DNA of 64,000 nucleotides from a virus. The translations under genes were made by a program, and so were the position numbers. Numbering within the stretch: position 1 is the first letter of the stretch; every line of letters starts with the position of its first letter. Shown here piece after piece: positions 9,904 to 18,462 of the stretch. Location of the stretch: positions 76,054 to 140,053 of the IMG/VR virus record IMGVR_UViG_3300042898_004347, one strand, 5' to 3'. Under the pieces are notes generated by a model. It saw nothing but the letters and a program-made list of their open reading frames with translations. It had not been told where the DNA came from and made no database searches.

Positions 9904-10826
9904 GCGATTCTATTTTTACGGATTAAGCTAATTGGTGTTCCCTGGAGAGAAGGGGTGCGCACCGCAATCTCGGGAGATGATGTTAAAATGACTGGAAGTA
10001 ATTGGCTTTCAAGAGTGATCTCTTTCTTTTCAAGGAGTTCAACCGCGGATAACCATTTACGAACTTTCTTTCCATCATTGAGTTCAACGATGAGGTAGTT
10101 GGATCCACAGTGAGTGATCTTGCCGAGTTCCTCGGATTCTTTAATGACTACTTCATTGCCAACTTCAAATAAGTTTCCGGAGACGTAGGCCTCTCTGCGG
10201 TCACCCACAGATTCAAGTTGAATGTGTTTACGGAAGTTGCGAGACTCTTTGAGACCCATGCCATTTCGAACAGCATTAAAGAGTTCTTCGTGATCCTGGA
10301 AAGAAGAAGGGAGATTTTTTGCAAACGCCTCAAGATCATTCGACTTTGCGGCAGTATGCATTGCCGACTCGGATAGCTGCAGTGAGGAATTCTCAGATCC
10401 AACAACCTTGACACCTTCTTTAAAATTATAAAAGCCGTCATTTGTTTGAACACCGTTATGTCCATTAAGCAAAGCCTCAAATTCAAGGACGCGTGAATTT
10501 TCCGCCATCATTGTTACGCGAGTAAATCCCTGTTCGTATAATTTCGAACATATTGAGAACACCGTGTTCACATCATCGCTCATTACATTTCGCGCATATT
10601 TCGGAAACACTTTGCGCATCCATTTTACCTTCTCTTCCAACTTTAGTGGATTCTTTTTGGCGTCTTCAAAGTGAGAACTGTAAATTCGATAGGCTGATCC
10701 CGCTGCAATTTCTGCGACTTGTTCAAGCAGTTTTTCGTGGGCTATTGTTGGAGGATTGAATCGCTCAAATACGAATACAACATCCTTGGGCGTTAGATCA
10801 CTTACAAATTGTGTAAAGGACTTCAT
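9900..10826 (-). CDS. Cytidylyltransferase-like (HIGH superfamily) protein with degenerate motifs
   Basis: FERFNPPTIAHEKL, KKNPL, C-terminal RRE.Y..G..F.VG...GSNY module; MKSFTQF N-terminus. Confidence 0.75.
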   Translation of the reverse strand: MKSFTQFVSDLTPKDVVFVFERFNPPTIAHEKLLEQVAEIAAGSAYRIYSSHFEDAKKNPLKLEEKVKWMRKVFPKYARNVMSDDVNTVFSICSKLYEQGFTRVTMMAENSRVLEFEALLNGHNGVQTNDGFYNFKEGVKVVGSENSSLQLSESAMHTAAKSNDLEAFAKNLPSSFQDHEELFNAVRNGMGLKESRNFRKHIQLESVGDRREAYVSGNLFEVGNEVVIKESEELGKITHCGSNYLIVELNDGKKVRKWLSAVELLEKKEITLESQLLPVILTSSPEIAVRTPSLQGTPISLIRKNRIA

Positions 10827-10829
10827 TAA

Positions 10830-11405
10830 TTAGATTGTTCCCGTCTTCACATTGTGTTCAACGCCACCGGCTCCAATATCAGCAATACGATAGCCCATTG
10901 GCTTCGTTACAGAAACCTTGACCATGGGTTTTTTCTTGAGACGGTTCCGCTTCTTTGTGCGGGCATCTGTTTCCTCTGCAAGACCAAAGTGTTTTGCCAC
11001 GTGCGTGTCTCCGTGACGATGACGGAGGATATCGGCAATCATTCCTTTTTTACCGCCAACATCCGCGGGAGTATATTTTGATTGCACCTTTCCCTGAATG
11101 TCCCGATGAATCTTGTGGACTTCATCCGTGGATTTACCCATTAGGCTCTCGTGATCCTTTTTAATGTCGGCCTGTCTACGAGTATCAAGGGCATCGTTTG
11201 CTTCATCCACTGGCTTTGCCGCCTCAGCCTCTTTTACGTTATCCGCAACCTTTAACTGTGGGTGCCGTGATTGCTTAAAGTTTGCCCGAATCTTCTCGGT
11301 GCCTTCTTCTGCAAGCGACCTCTTGCGTTTATACGCATAGAAATCTTGCATTTCGGTTTCGCCACCAGCATACTGGACTGTACTGAAATCTTTAAAACTG
11401 TACAT
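10830..11405 (-). CDS. Hypothetical protein, putative internal head protein
   Basis: MYSFKDF N-terminus; late promoter at 11465-11472. Confidence 0.65.
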   Translation of the reverse strand: MYSFKDFSTVQYAGGETEMQDFYAYKRKRSLAEEGTEKIRANFKQSRHPQLKVADNVKEAEAAKPVDEANDALDTRRQADIKKDHESLMGKSTDEVHKIHRDIQGKVQSKYTPADVGGKKGMIADILRHRHGDTHVAKHFGLAEETDARTKKRNRLKKKPMVKVSVTKPMGYRIADIGAGGVEHNVKTGTI

Positions 11406-11464
11406 AATTGTTCGAGGTTCCCATTACCCGGAAAGTAGTTTTCCGAGTCGTTAATGTAGAATAC

Positions 11465-11472
11465 TATTTATA
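11465..11472 (-). promoter_or_regulatory. T4-type late promoter TATAAATA
   Basis: Exact consensus upstream of the 11405 gene. Confidence 0.7.
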
Positions 11473-11499
11473 CTATCAACACTTTGAATTAGTGTAAAC

Positions 11500-11507
11500 T
11501 ATAAATA
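11500..11507 (+). promoter_or_regulatory. T4-type late promoter TATAAATA
   Basis: Exact consensus 7 nt before the ATG at 11515. Confidence 0.7.
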
Positions 11508-11514
11508 TGTTCCT

Positions 11515-11823
11515 ATGCAATACTCAAAACATATTCTATCGGCAGTTGTTATTTCTGCCCTTCTCACCGGTTGCGGCACAGTCGATTCAGCTTATCAATC
11601 CACAAAGGGAATTGGTTCTGCTGCTATTGGTGGCGTTGGCAATATCGTAGGTAACGGAGCCTCCGATGCTTCCAAGACTCTTGGAGTTGCTTCGGATGCT
11701 GCTGGCAAAGTTGTCAGTGGCGCAGGCAAGGTTCTCGGTGGAGGTCTCGATCTCGTAGGTGGTGTCGTTAAAGGCACTTCCGATATCGTAGCTCCATCAG
11801 CTCCGGCTCCTAAGTCCTACTAA
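11515..11823 (+). CDS. Gly/Ala-rich lipoprotein
   Basis: Signal peptide with LLTGC lipobox; glycine-zipper-like repeats. Confidence 0.75.
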   Translation: MQYSKHILSAVVISALLTGCGTVDSAYQSTKGIGSAAIGGVGNIVGNGASDASKTLGVASDAAGKVVSGAGKVLGGGLDLVGGVVKGTSDIVAPSAPAPKSY

Positions 11824-11849
11824 GACTGATTACAATTTAGCTCGATTAA

Positions 11850-11874
11850 CCCTGAGAGAAATCTCGGGGTTTTT
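11850..11874 (+). terminator. Rho-independent terminator
   Basis: CCCTGAGA-GAAA-TCTCGGGG followed by TTTTT. Confidence 0.8.
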
Positions 11875-11898
11875 CATGAACGCAATAAGTTCGGATTA

Positions 11899-11906
11899 TA
11901 TAAATA
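11899..11906 (+). promoter_or_regulatory. T4-type late promoter TATAAATA
   Basis: Exact consensus 10 nt before the ATG at 11917. Confidence 0.7.
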
Positions 11907-11916
11907 GGATATCACT

Positions 11917-13158
11917 ATGTTTTATCTGGAATCTCTTCGCTCAATTGCCAATACGTATTTAGAAATGATTTTGGAAAGTGCAGAGCCGCAAAAGCTCAAG
12001 CATATCCATCATGCTGAAGACCGTCCGCTTTTGCACGGATCCCAAGGTTTTGAACATGCTCATTCTGCACTCATGCATGCACACGAGCATATGAAGGCGA
12101 AGAAGTCTAGCTCGGATCTAACGATGAAATACGATGGAGCTCCATCGATTGTTTTCGGTCATCATCCGGTAACTAAGAAGTTTTTCGTTGCAACGAAGTC
12201 CGCTTTCAATAAAGATCCAAAGTTAGCACACACTCCGGCAGATGTGGACAAACACTATGGTCACGCTCCGGGTCTTGCTAGCAAGTTAAAAACAGCTTTA
12301 AAGCATCTTCCAAAAATCACTCCGAAGCACGGAGTATATCAGGGAGACGTTATGCACTCACGTGAGGATCATAAGTTGCATGAGGCAGTTTCTTTTACTC
12401 CAAATACCATTACCTATACGGCTCATGGAGACGAAGAGAAGAAAGTAAAACGTTCTCATGTTGGAGTTGTGGTGCATCAGCAGTATCATCCGAATCCTAC
12501 AAAACCAGGATTCGAACATATGTCTGTCAGTGCACATCCAGACACTCACAATTTTACTCAGCATCCTGACGTTCATATGAAGACGGCAGAACACGATACG
12601 AGCAAGATCGATTATCCTAAGCATGATCAGGATGCTTTCCATAAACACATGGCAGCTGCAAAGGCGATCCATGACAAACATGGACCAAAGATGTATGCAG
12701 CAACCCAACGCCATCAGGGCGAAAGCGGCCATCTTGCCACATACATTAACCATACGGTTCGCCACGATCAAACTCCAAATGCGTCTGGATTTAAGTCTCA
12801 TCTAGCGGCACATCATGAGAAGATTGCTAGCAAATTAAAAAGTTCAGGTGGAATTCAAAAGGCAAAAGCAACTGGCGCAGAACATGCAGCTCATGTTCAA
12901 AAGCATGCTGGACATTACAACAATCTGTTGGCAATGCATGGACATCTTGCAGCGGCAAAACACACTTTGGTTAGAAACCTAGAAAAGCATGAAGGTGGTC
13001 TGGACCATCATATCAACGGCATAAAGTCAAAACCAGAAGGATTCGTCATTAACCATACGCACGCTGGACATACGGAACCAACTAAATTAGTGAATCGTTC
13101 AGAATTTGCAAAGGCGAATCTATTAAAGGTTAAACCTTGGGCTGCTAAAAAACCGTGA
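11917..13158 (+). CDS. His-rich ATP-dependent ligase/nucleotidyltransferase-fold protein (DUF6267-like)
   Basis: Motif I-like TMKYDG, III-like YQGD, IV-like PEGFV, V-like TKLV. Confidence 0.65.
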   Translation: MFYLESLRSIANTYLEMILESAEPQKLKHIHHAEDRPLLHGSQGFEHAHSALMHAHEHMKAKKSSSDLTMKYDGAPSIVFGHHPVTKKFFVATKSAFNKDPKLAHTPADVDKHYGHAPGLASKLKTALKHLPKITPKHGVYQGDVMHSREDHKLHEAVSFTPNTITYTAHGDEEKKVKRSHVGVVVHQQYHPNPTKPGFEHMSVSAHPDTHNFTQHPDVHMKTAEHDTSKIDYPKHDQDAFHKHMAAAKAIHDKHGPKMYAATQRHQGESGHLATYINHTVRHDQTPNASGFKSHLAAHHEKIASKLKSSGGIQKAKATGAEHAAHVQKHAGHYNNLLAMHGHLAAAKHTLVRNLEKHEGGLDHHINGIKSKPEGFVINHTHAGHTEPTKLVNRSEFAKANLLKVKPWAAKKP

Positions 13159-13778
13159 AGTCGTTCCTGGAGTTTTTAGCTGAGGCGGCTGAGCATGGCA
13201 CTCTGCATTCATTTGACGTGGATGAAACGCTGTTTAAAACCAATGCAAAAGTTCACGTGATGCACGGACAGAAACACGTTGCATCTTTGAGTAATTCGGA
13301 ATACAACACTCATAAATTATCTCCTGGTCACCACTACAATTTTAGCGAGTTTGAAGATTCTAAGAAATTTCATGATGAATCCCATCCAATCCACAAGATG
13401 TTGGCAAAAGTAAAAGCAATTCATAGTAACATTAAGAATTCGCCACATCACAAAATTATCATTAATACGGCAAGAAGCGATATGAATGATAAAGAAACAT
13501 ATCTTGCTAAATTTAAAAAGCATGGTCTTCCCATGCACGACATTCACGTTCACCGTGCGGGTAATGACAAGACTCCTGGTAGTGTTGCCCAAAAGAAAGC
13601 CCGTGTGATCGACCATCAGATTACTACTCACAAATTTAAAAACGTCCACGTGTATGACGATAGCACTGAGAATTTAGATCACTCTTTGGCTCTAGGTGCA
13701 AAGCATCCGAATACAAAGATTCACGCATGGCACGTTCATCACGATGGAAGCGTTAAGGCATATCACGGAGCAAAATAA
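13155..13778 (+). CDS. His-rich HAD-superfamily phosphatase
   Basis: FDVDETL (DxDxT), NTAR, K, YDDS; MKSFLEFLAE N-terminus. Confidence 0.8.
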   Translation: MKSFLEFLAEAAEHGTLHSFDVDETLFKTNAKVHVMHGQKHVASLSNSEYNTHKLSPGHHYNFSEFEDSKKFHDESHPIHKMLAKVKAIHSNIKNSPHHKIIINTARSDMNDKETYLAKFKKHGLPMHDIHVHRAGNDKTPGSVAQKKARVIDHQITTHKFKNVHVYDDSTENLDHSLALGAKHPNTKIHAWHVHHDGSVKAYHGAK

Positions 13779-13780
13779 TC

Positions 13781-14401
13781 ATGAAATCGTTTAAACAATT
13801 TCTAAAAGAAGCAGCAGCCTCCGAATCGCATCACGTGTTGGCATTCGGACGTATGAATCCTATTACTAACGGACATGAAAACGTAGTGAACAAGGTCCAC
13901 GAAATTGCAAAGAAGCATAATGCAGGACATACTGTTATTGTGTCCCACTCGCAGGACACAAAGAAAAATCCTCTCACGGGCGCGCAGAAAGTAAAGCACG
14001 CCAAGCACGCCTTTCCAGGAACGAATATAATTTCATCCAGCAAAGAAAAGCCAACGATCCTTCACCATGCCGCAGATCTTTCTGACAAAGGCGTTCAGCA
14101 TTTACACGTTATAATGGGATCAGATCGTGCAAAAGACACCCGCGCTTTACTTCATAAGTATAACGGAGTGTCTTCTTCGAGTGGCCATAAGGGTTACAAA
14201 TTTAAATCAATTACCGTACATTCTGCAGGAGAACGTGATCCTGATGCGGAAGGAACTGCGGGCATTTCGGCTAGCAAGATGCGTGCACATGCAGCATCTG
14301 GAAATAAAAAAGCTTTCCATGCGGGTGCACCTTCAAAAATGACTGCTGCACATAAAGACGCCATGTATCATGACGTTCGTAAGGGAATGGGAATAAAGTA
14401 A
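13781..14401 (+). CDS. His-rich cytidylyltransferase-like (HIGH) nucleotidyltransferase
   Basis: FGRMNPITNGH, KNPL, GSDR, AGERDPD, ISASKMR; MKSFKQFLKE N-terminus. Confidence 0.85.
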   Translation: MKSFKQFLKEAAASESHHVLAFGRMNPITNGHENVVNKVHEIAKKHNAGHTVIVSHSQDTKKNPLTGAQKVKHAKHAFPGTNIISSSKEKPTILHHAADLSDKGVQHLHVIMGSDRAKDTRALLHKYNGVSSSSGHKGYKFKSITVHSAGERDPDAEGTAGISASKMRAHAASGNKKAFHAGAPSKMTAAHKDAMYHDVRKGMGIK

Positions 14402-14407
14402 CATCCG

Positions 14408-15676
14408 TTACTTTTTTAGTTTAAACCCAATCTTATTGCCGCCAGGATTTGCGGCATTCGAGTGATATTCAAATATGAATTTACTCTCGGCAAATCCGCG
14501 AAGTTCGTATTCGGTACTACCCGGGGATAGGTAGATATAAAGCTGCTGGATATTATTTGAACTGACGACGTCTGTCAGGAATTTAGTATATTTTGGATTT
14601 TGATTTACTTCATCCACAAGTGCGTATGCCATTGGAGAAAGTATTGCGCCAGATTTCTTTTGGCTTGGCGACTTCCACATTTCGATTAATGTATTGACAT
14701 TTGCGGCACGCTTAATTTTAGAATAGAGGTGTTGATCCAGAGCGGCAAAGGCTGCATTTCCGTCTTTAAAAACTTTTAACCATTCCTCAAGATCTGCTGC
14801 ATTATATTGTGGTTTTCCAATAATGGTACCAACTCTACGATATAAATCTGAATTGATTGCTTTGGCCGCCATGATAATTCCATCAGTACCGGAATTTTCC
14901 GTAATGGCTCCAATGAACTGATACATCAGTTTTTCATCACGATCATTGAAGTTTTTCCCCTGAATCATTGACCACACTGAAGAAATTGATGGGGCTGCAC
15001 CGCCTCCAGCTTTAGCAGATACTGAAACCTTTAGTTTGTTCTTAAGTACTCCGTAATAATCCACGAGCCGTTCATTGCTCTTTGACGGAAATTCAATGGC
15101 AATCACATCGGTATTCGTATAGTTATTTAAAAACCACCAAGCTCCACTGATTTCTCCAAAGTCTTTTGCAATAATGGCAAGATCTTTATCGGAAATTTCT
15201 TTTGCGGCTTTTGGTGTAGAAAATTTAGACTTATCGCTATTTTCGGCTAGTTCCTTTAAGAACTCTTTAATATGTGGAGGTACTAAGTTATTTCTATCAA
15301 TTGCCAGTCTAATTTCCTTTAGATAGTTAGACTTTAAAATAGTTTTTCCACCCAGGCCGAATCCATCCGGAGTAAGTGATTTGTTTGCGATCGTTTTAGC
15401 ATTATCCGAACTGGTTTTACTTTTAACTCCAGGCTTCTGCAACATATCAAATTTAACGCGGACTTTGCAAATTTTTCCACCAAATTTATAGATTACGCGC
15501 GGTTTTGGATCGTAAGTTTTAACCGATGGAACAGTTACTTCCTGACCTTGTTTAATGATACCAATCTCTTTTCCAGTTTTGTCATCGAATGCCTCAGCAT
15601 CTTTCTTGATAACAGTCGAGACATCTCCTGCGAATTTGTAGTATTTTTCCCACGCTGATTTCCCGGTTGTTGCCAT
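14408..15676 (-). CDS. Hypothetical protein, possible PD-(D/E)xK-type nuclease
   Basis: DFGE...FP...LVDY...VSAK arrangement. Confidence 0.55.
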   Translation of the reverse strand: MATTGKSAWEKYYKFAGDVSTVIKKDAEAFDDKTGKEIGIIKQGQEVTVPSVKTYDPKPRVIYKFGGKICKVRVKFDMLQKPGVKSKTSSDNAKTIANKSLTPDGFGLGGKTILKSNYLKEIRLAIDRNNLVPPHIKEFLKELAENSDKSKFSTPKAAKEISDKDLAIIAKDFGEISGAWWFLNNYTNTDVIAIEFPSKSNERLVDYYGVLKNKLKVSVSAKAGGGAAPSISSVWSMIQGKNFNDRDEKLMYQFIGAITENSGTDGIIMAAKAINSDLYRRVGTIIGKPQYNAADLEEWLKVFKDGNAAFAALDQHLYSKIKRAANVNTLIEMWKSPSQKKSGAILSPMAYALVDEVNQNPKYTKFLTDVVSSNNIQQLYIYLSPGSTEYELRGFAESKFIFEYHSNAANPGGNKIGFKLKK

Positions 15677-15705
15677 ATGATCTATTTATCAGCCTCAAAA
15701 AAGTA

Positions 15706-16212
15706 TTAGATAATATAATCAGTGTCTCTGATGTACCACCGTTTCTTGCTATACCGCTTATTGTGCACAAACATTTCGTATAGGCCGGTTTCTCTGCCAT
15801 AAGCTTCAATTTCCCAGGGTAACTCCCAATAATTACCTTTATCCGTATGATAGGATTGACCTTTCCATTTTGTGATGTAACAGTTGCCCGTATCACACAT
15901 CTCGCGTTTCACAAACTGTTTGACGTGGACACACTCATGGGCCAGAGCTCTGAGCAAGCCGTGCATATTCATGCTAGAATCGGCTGTGATGTTAAATTCT
16001 CTTGGCTTATTCCGGTCATCTTCCCAGATACAATCTGCTTTAAGGCTTTCCTTTTTAAATAGATCCTTCCGCAGTTTGATTAAAACCATTACGCTATGTC
16101 CAGGGATGAGGTCTTTTAAATAATAATGAGCCGCCTCATTCACTAATTTCTTCTGCAGCTTCGATCCTCCTGATACGATAATCTCGTTCATGTTTATGGT
16201 AGAGGCTGCCAT
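15706..16212 (-). CDS. Zincin-like metallopeptidase
   Basis: LAHECVHVKQ (HExxH) and PWEIEAY. Confidence 0.75.
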   Translation of the reverse strand: MAASTINMNEIIVSGGSKLQKKLVNEAAHYYLKDLIPGHSVMVLIKLRKDLFKKESLKADCIWEDDRNKPREFNITADSSMNMHGLLRALAHECVHVKQFVKREMCDTGNCYITKWKGQSYHTDKGNYWELPWEIEAYGRETGLYEMFVHNKRYSKKRWYIRDTDYII

Positions 16213-16709
16213 TTAATGGGTTGAGTTGAATTGACGCGAAATACCGCATAGGTTCTATCAAAGAATTCCCTAGCGTTTATTTTCTCTCGATAGAATTGAC
16301 CGACAGAAACTGTATGCAGGATCATGTAATCGTCATCCGAGGCCATGATCAGAATCGCTGCATGCGCAGTATCCTTATTTACTCCGGGTACCTTTGCCTT
16401 TAATTCATCCGGAACAAGACCCACCCAGAAATAAGGCATGCCATACTGAATGTTGCAGTCAAATACTTCGGGTCCCTTTACAACCACATAGATGCATTGA
16501 AGCTTATCGCTCGGCATCCGTTTGTTCCATGCCTGCGTAGAGTCGTAGAGGGTTGGAGGCGTATTCTTATCCGGTACCAATCTCTTCATCCATTCCGCAT
16601 ACGATATCTGCACACCCATAAGACCCGAAAGAGTCTGGTAGGTAAGCGGTACGCAGTCATTTGCCCGTAATGAGCCAATGATGAATAGAATGCAGAGAAG
16701 GAGTCTCAT
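16194..16709 (-). CDS. Secreted protein, possible papain/C39-like peptidase
   Basis: N-terminal signal peptide; NDCV and AHAAIL. Confidence 0.5.
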   Translation of the reverse strand: MRLLLCILFIIGSLRANDCVPLTYQTLSGLMGVQISYAEWMKRLVPDKNTPPTLYDSTQAWNKRMPSDKLQCIYVVVKGPEVFDCNIQYGMPYFWVGLVPDELKAKVPGVNKDTAHAAILIMASDDDYMILHTVSVGQFYREKINAREFFDRTYAVFRVNSTQPIKWQPLP

Positions 16710-16894
16710 TTAGTTTTCTTTTTTTGTTCTGGCTTTGCGGTCCATAGAGAGTCACCTTTGTAGAGGAGGACCATGGCGGAACCAAACAGAGTCAGTCCCA
16801 CCCATTTTTCATCAGACCTGCCCATAAGCCACATTGAGAGTAGGAATAGACCAGCGGCAAATATATCAAATAGAATTGAATAGATTTTGTTCAT
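16706..16894 (-). CDS. Small membrane protein
   Basis: Two hydrophobic helices; start MNKIYS coupled to the upstream stop. Confidence 0.6.
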   Translation of the reverse strand: MNKIYSILFDIFAAGLFLLSMWLMGRSDEKWVGLTLFGSAMVLLYKGDSLWTAKPEQKKKTK

Positions 16895-17061
16895 TTTTTT
16901 GCAGACATATAATTGATGACTGAGATGAGTAACCACAGAAACCAGCACATGAGAACAAACTTAAACGCAATTACCGATATGGAGTAGAGAAGAGTCGCAA
17001 TTGCAAGCGTACAGGCAAATGCAATTAAGCTCAGTGTTACAATTGATAGGAAGTGGATCAT
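16891..17061 (-). CDS. Small membrane protein
   Basis: Almost wholly hydrophobic; start MIHFLS. Confidence 0.55.
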   Translation of the reverse strand: MIHFLSIVTLSLIAFACTLAIATLLYSISVIAFKFVLMCWFLWLLISVINYMSAKK

Positions 17062-17065
17062 AACA

Positions 17066-17329
17066 TTAGATTCCGTGTTCTTTACGCCAAAGACCAAACA
17101 GATCGTGCGAATCAAGTGGACCAGCACCAATGCGGTTGGGCATGCGCAGATTGATCCAGAGGCGAATATCCTCAGGGGCCATCATCTCATATGGCGAAAA
17201 GTCACACGAGACGATGGTACCGTTTTCGTGAACAAAATCATGCCAGATTTTGCTGCAGTCCGTATCGTAATCCTCGTAGGGTTGATACGTCCAACCCATG
17301 TAGCTATAATTTTCAGTTGCGGTAATCAT
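17066..17329 (-). CDS. Hypothetical protein
   Basis: Start MITATEN immediately after the upstream stop. Confidence 0.6.
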   Translation of the reverse strand: MITATENYSYMGWTYQPYEDYDTDCSKIWHDFVHENGTIVSCDFSPYEMMAPEDIRLWINLRMPNRIGAGPLDSHDLFGLWRKEHGI

Positions 17330-17330
17330 T

Positions 17331-17654
17331 TTAGTATTGTGTTTCGCTTGTGTAATTTGTTCCGAAGAGGCGAGTGCCGACTTCGGGTGGCATCCAGACA
17401 CTTAGTTGGTTGAATTTAAGACTTTTTTTATAGTCCCAGATGGAACATGGCACCTCACGGGCGCCTGCCATTGGAATGGCAGAAGGAACAGTGGCTTCAA
17501 ATTGCCATTGAAACATCACCTTGCCGTCTCCGTCACCTACAGCAAATGTAGCTGGAGGAAATCCAAGGATCTTAGTGACTTCATCGGCCGAGATATTGGA
17601 TAGGATGCCAGTCCGATGCGATGAATAAAAGCCATGAGTTTGTTTGATCTTCAT
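17331..17654 (-). CDS. Hypothetical protein
   Basis: GDGDGKV..QW...IWDYK pattern; tight packing. Confidence 0.65.
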   Translation of the reverse strand: MKIKQTHGFYSSHRTGILSNISADEVTKILGFPPATFAVGDGDGKVMFQWQFEATVPSAIPMAGAREVPCSIWDYKKSLKFNQLSVWMPPEVGTRLFGTNYTSETQY

Positions 17655-17657
17655 GTT

Positions 17658-17861
17658 TTATTCCTCGTTGGTGTTGATGAAGTTGTCAACGTTGTACTTC
17701 GTCATCTCAGAGACGACCGAAGCGGTCTCACGATCGCCGACCTGGATAACTCCAAGGGCGAGAGCCTCGTGCTTAGCCTTGAGGGTTTTGCGAAGCTTCG
17801 CAATGACTGCAGCTTTGTTGACTTGGAATTTTCCGTTTGGGAGCTTCTTTGTTAATTTCAT
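17658..17861 (-). CDS. Small basic hypothetical protein (probably early)
   Basis: Directly downstream of a promoter. Confidence 0.65.
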   Translation of the reverse strand: MKLTKKLPNGKFQVNKAAVIAKLRKTLKAKHEALALGVIQVGDRETASVVSEMTKYNVDNFINTNEE

Positions 17862-17867
17862 AAGATA

Positions 17868-17923
17868 ATAGTACTAAATTCTGGGTAAAAGTAAATAACT
17901 ACGATTTGCCTAAGTGATTGATT
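17868..17923 (-). promoter_or_regulatory. Early-type promoter with an upstream IHF-consensus site
   Basis: AATCAA-TCAC-TTA (17911-17923), ATTTAC-N17-TACTAT, 6 nt, ATG. Confidence 0.65.
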
Positions 17924-17945
17924 ACCAATAGGGGCTAAAAATACT

Positions 17946-18299
17946 TCAAGGTTTAGTGACAATCTGAGCGTATTCTTCACCGTTTTTGGATAGGATGTAC
18001 TTTCCATCCACGAGGCGGGCTTCGTAGCTGGTCGTTGATACCTCCGAGCTAGATTCACCCTTTGGCTTGTTGAAAGAAGCAACCGATTGCTCCTTCGTCT
18101 GTTTCACCTTTACGAACTCAGTCGATGCACTGGCAGAACCTACGCGTTTGCCTTTTTTAGACCTGAAGGTCTTTTCAAGCAGCTCTAGCGAGCCAGCCTT
18201 TTCGATCCGTTTCGAAATGTAGTCCCAACCACGATAGGTAACCAGCTCGCCGGTCACGGTGCATTTCAAAGTAAGTTTATTAATTTGTGTGTTATTCAT
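17946..18299 (-). CDS. Hypothetical protein (probably early)
   Basis: Has its own promoter. Confidence 0.65.
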   Translation of the reverse strand: MNNTQINKLTLKCTVTGELVTYRGWDYISKRIEKAGSLELLEKTFRSKKGKRVGSASASTEFVKVKQTKEQSVASFNKPKGESSSEVSTTSYEARLVDGKYILSKNGEEYAQIVTKP

Positions 18300-18308
18300 T
18301 ATGGTACA

Positions 18309-18364
18309 ATCCTACATTAATTCCTAGAAAAGTAAATAACTACGATTTACCTAAGTCGTTGATT
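18309..18364 (-). promoter_or_regulatory. Early-type promoter with an upstream IHF-consensus site
   Basis: AATCAA-CGAC-TTA (18352-18364), ATTTAC-N17-TAGGAT, 9 nt, ATG; near-copy of the 17868-17945 intergenic region. Confidence 0.65.
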
Positions 18365-18400
18365 ACCAACACGAGACGAAAATACTTTCAGAAACAATAA

Positions 18401-18435
18401 GTGGCTGGTCCCCAATAACTTAGGAAACCAGCCAC
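18401..18435 (-). terminator. Hairpin, probable terminator
   Basis: GTGGCTGG...CCAGCCAC inverted repeat downstream of the 18463 gene. Confidence 0.55.
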
Positions 18436-18462
18436 CTATGAATGAACGACCTATGTCGTAGT

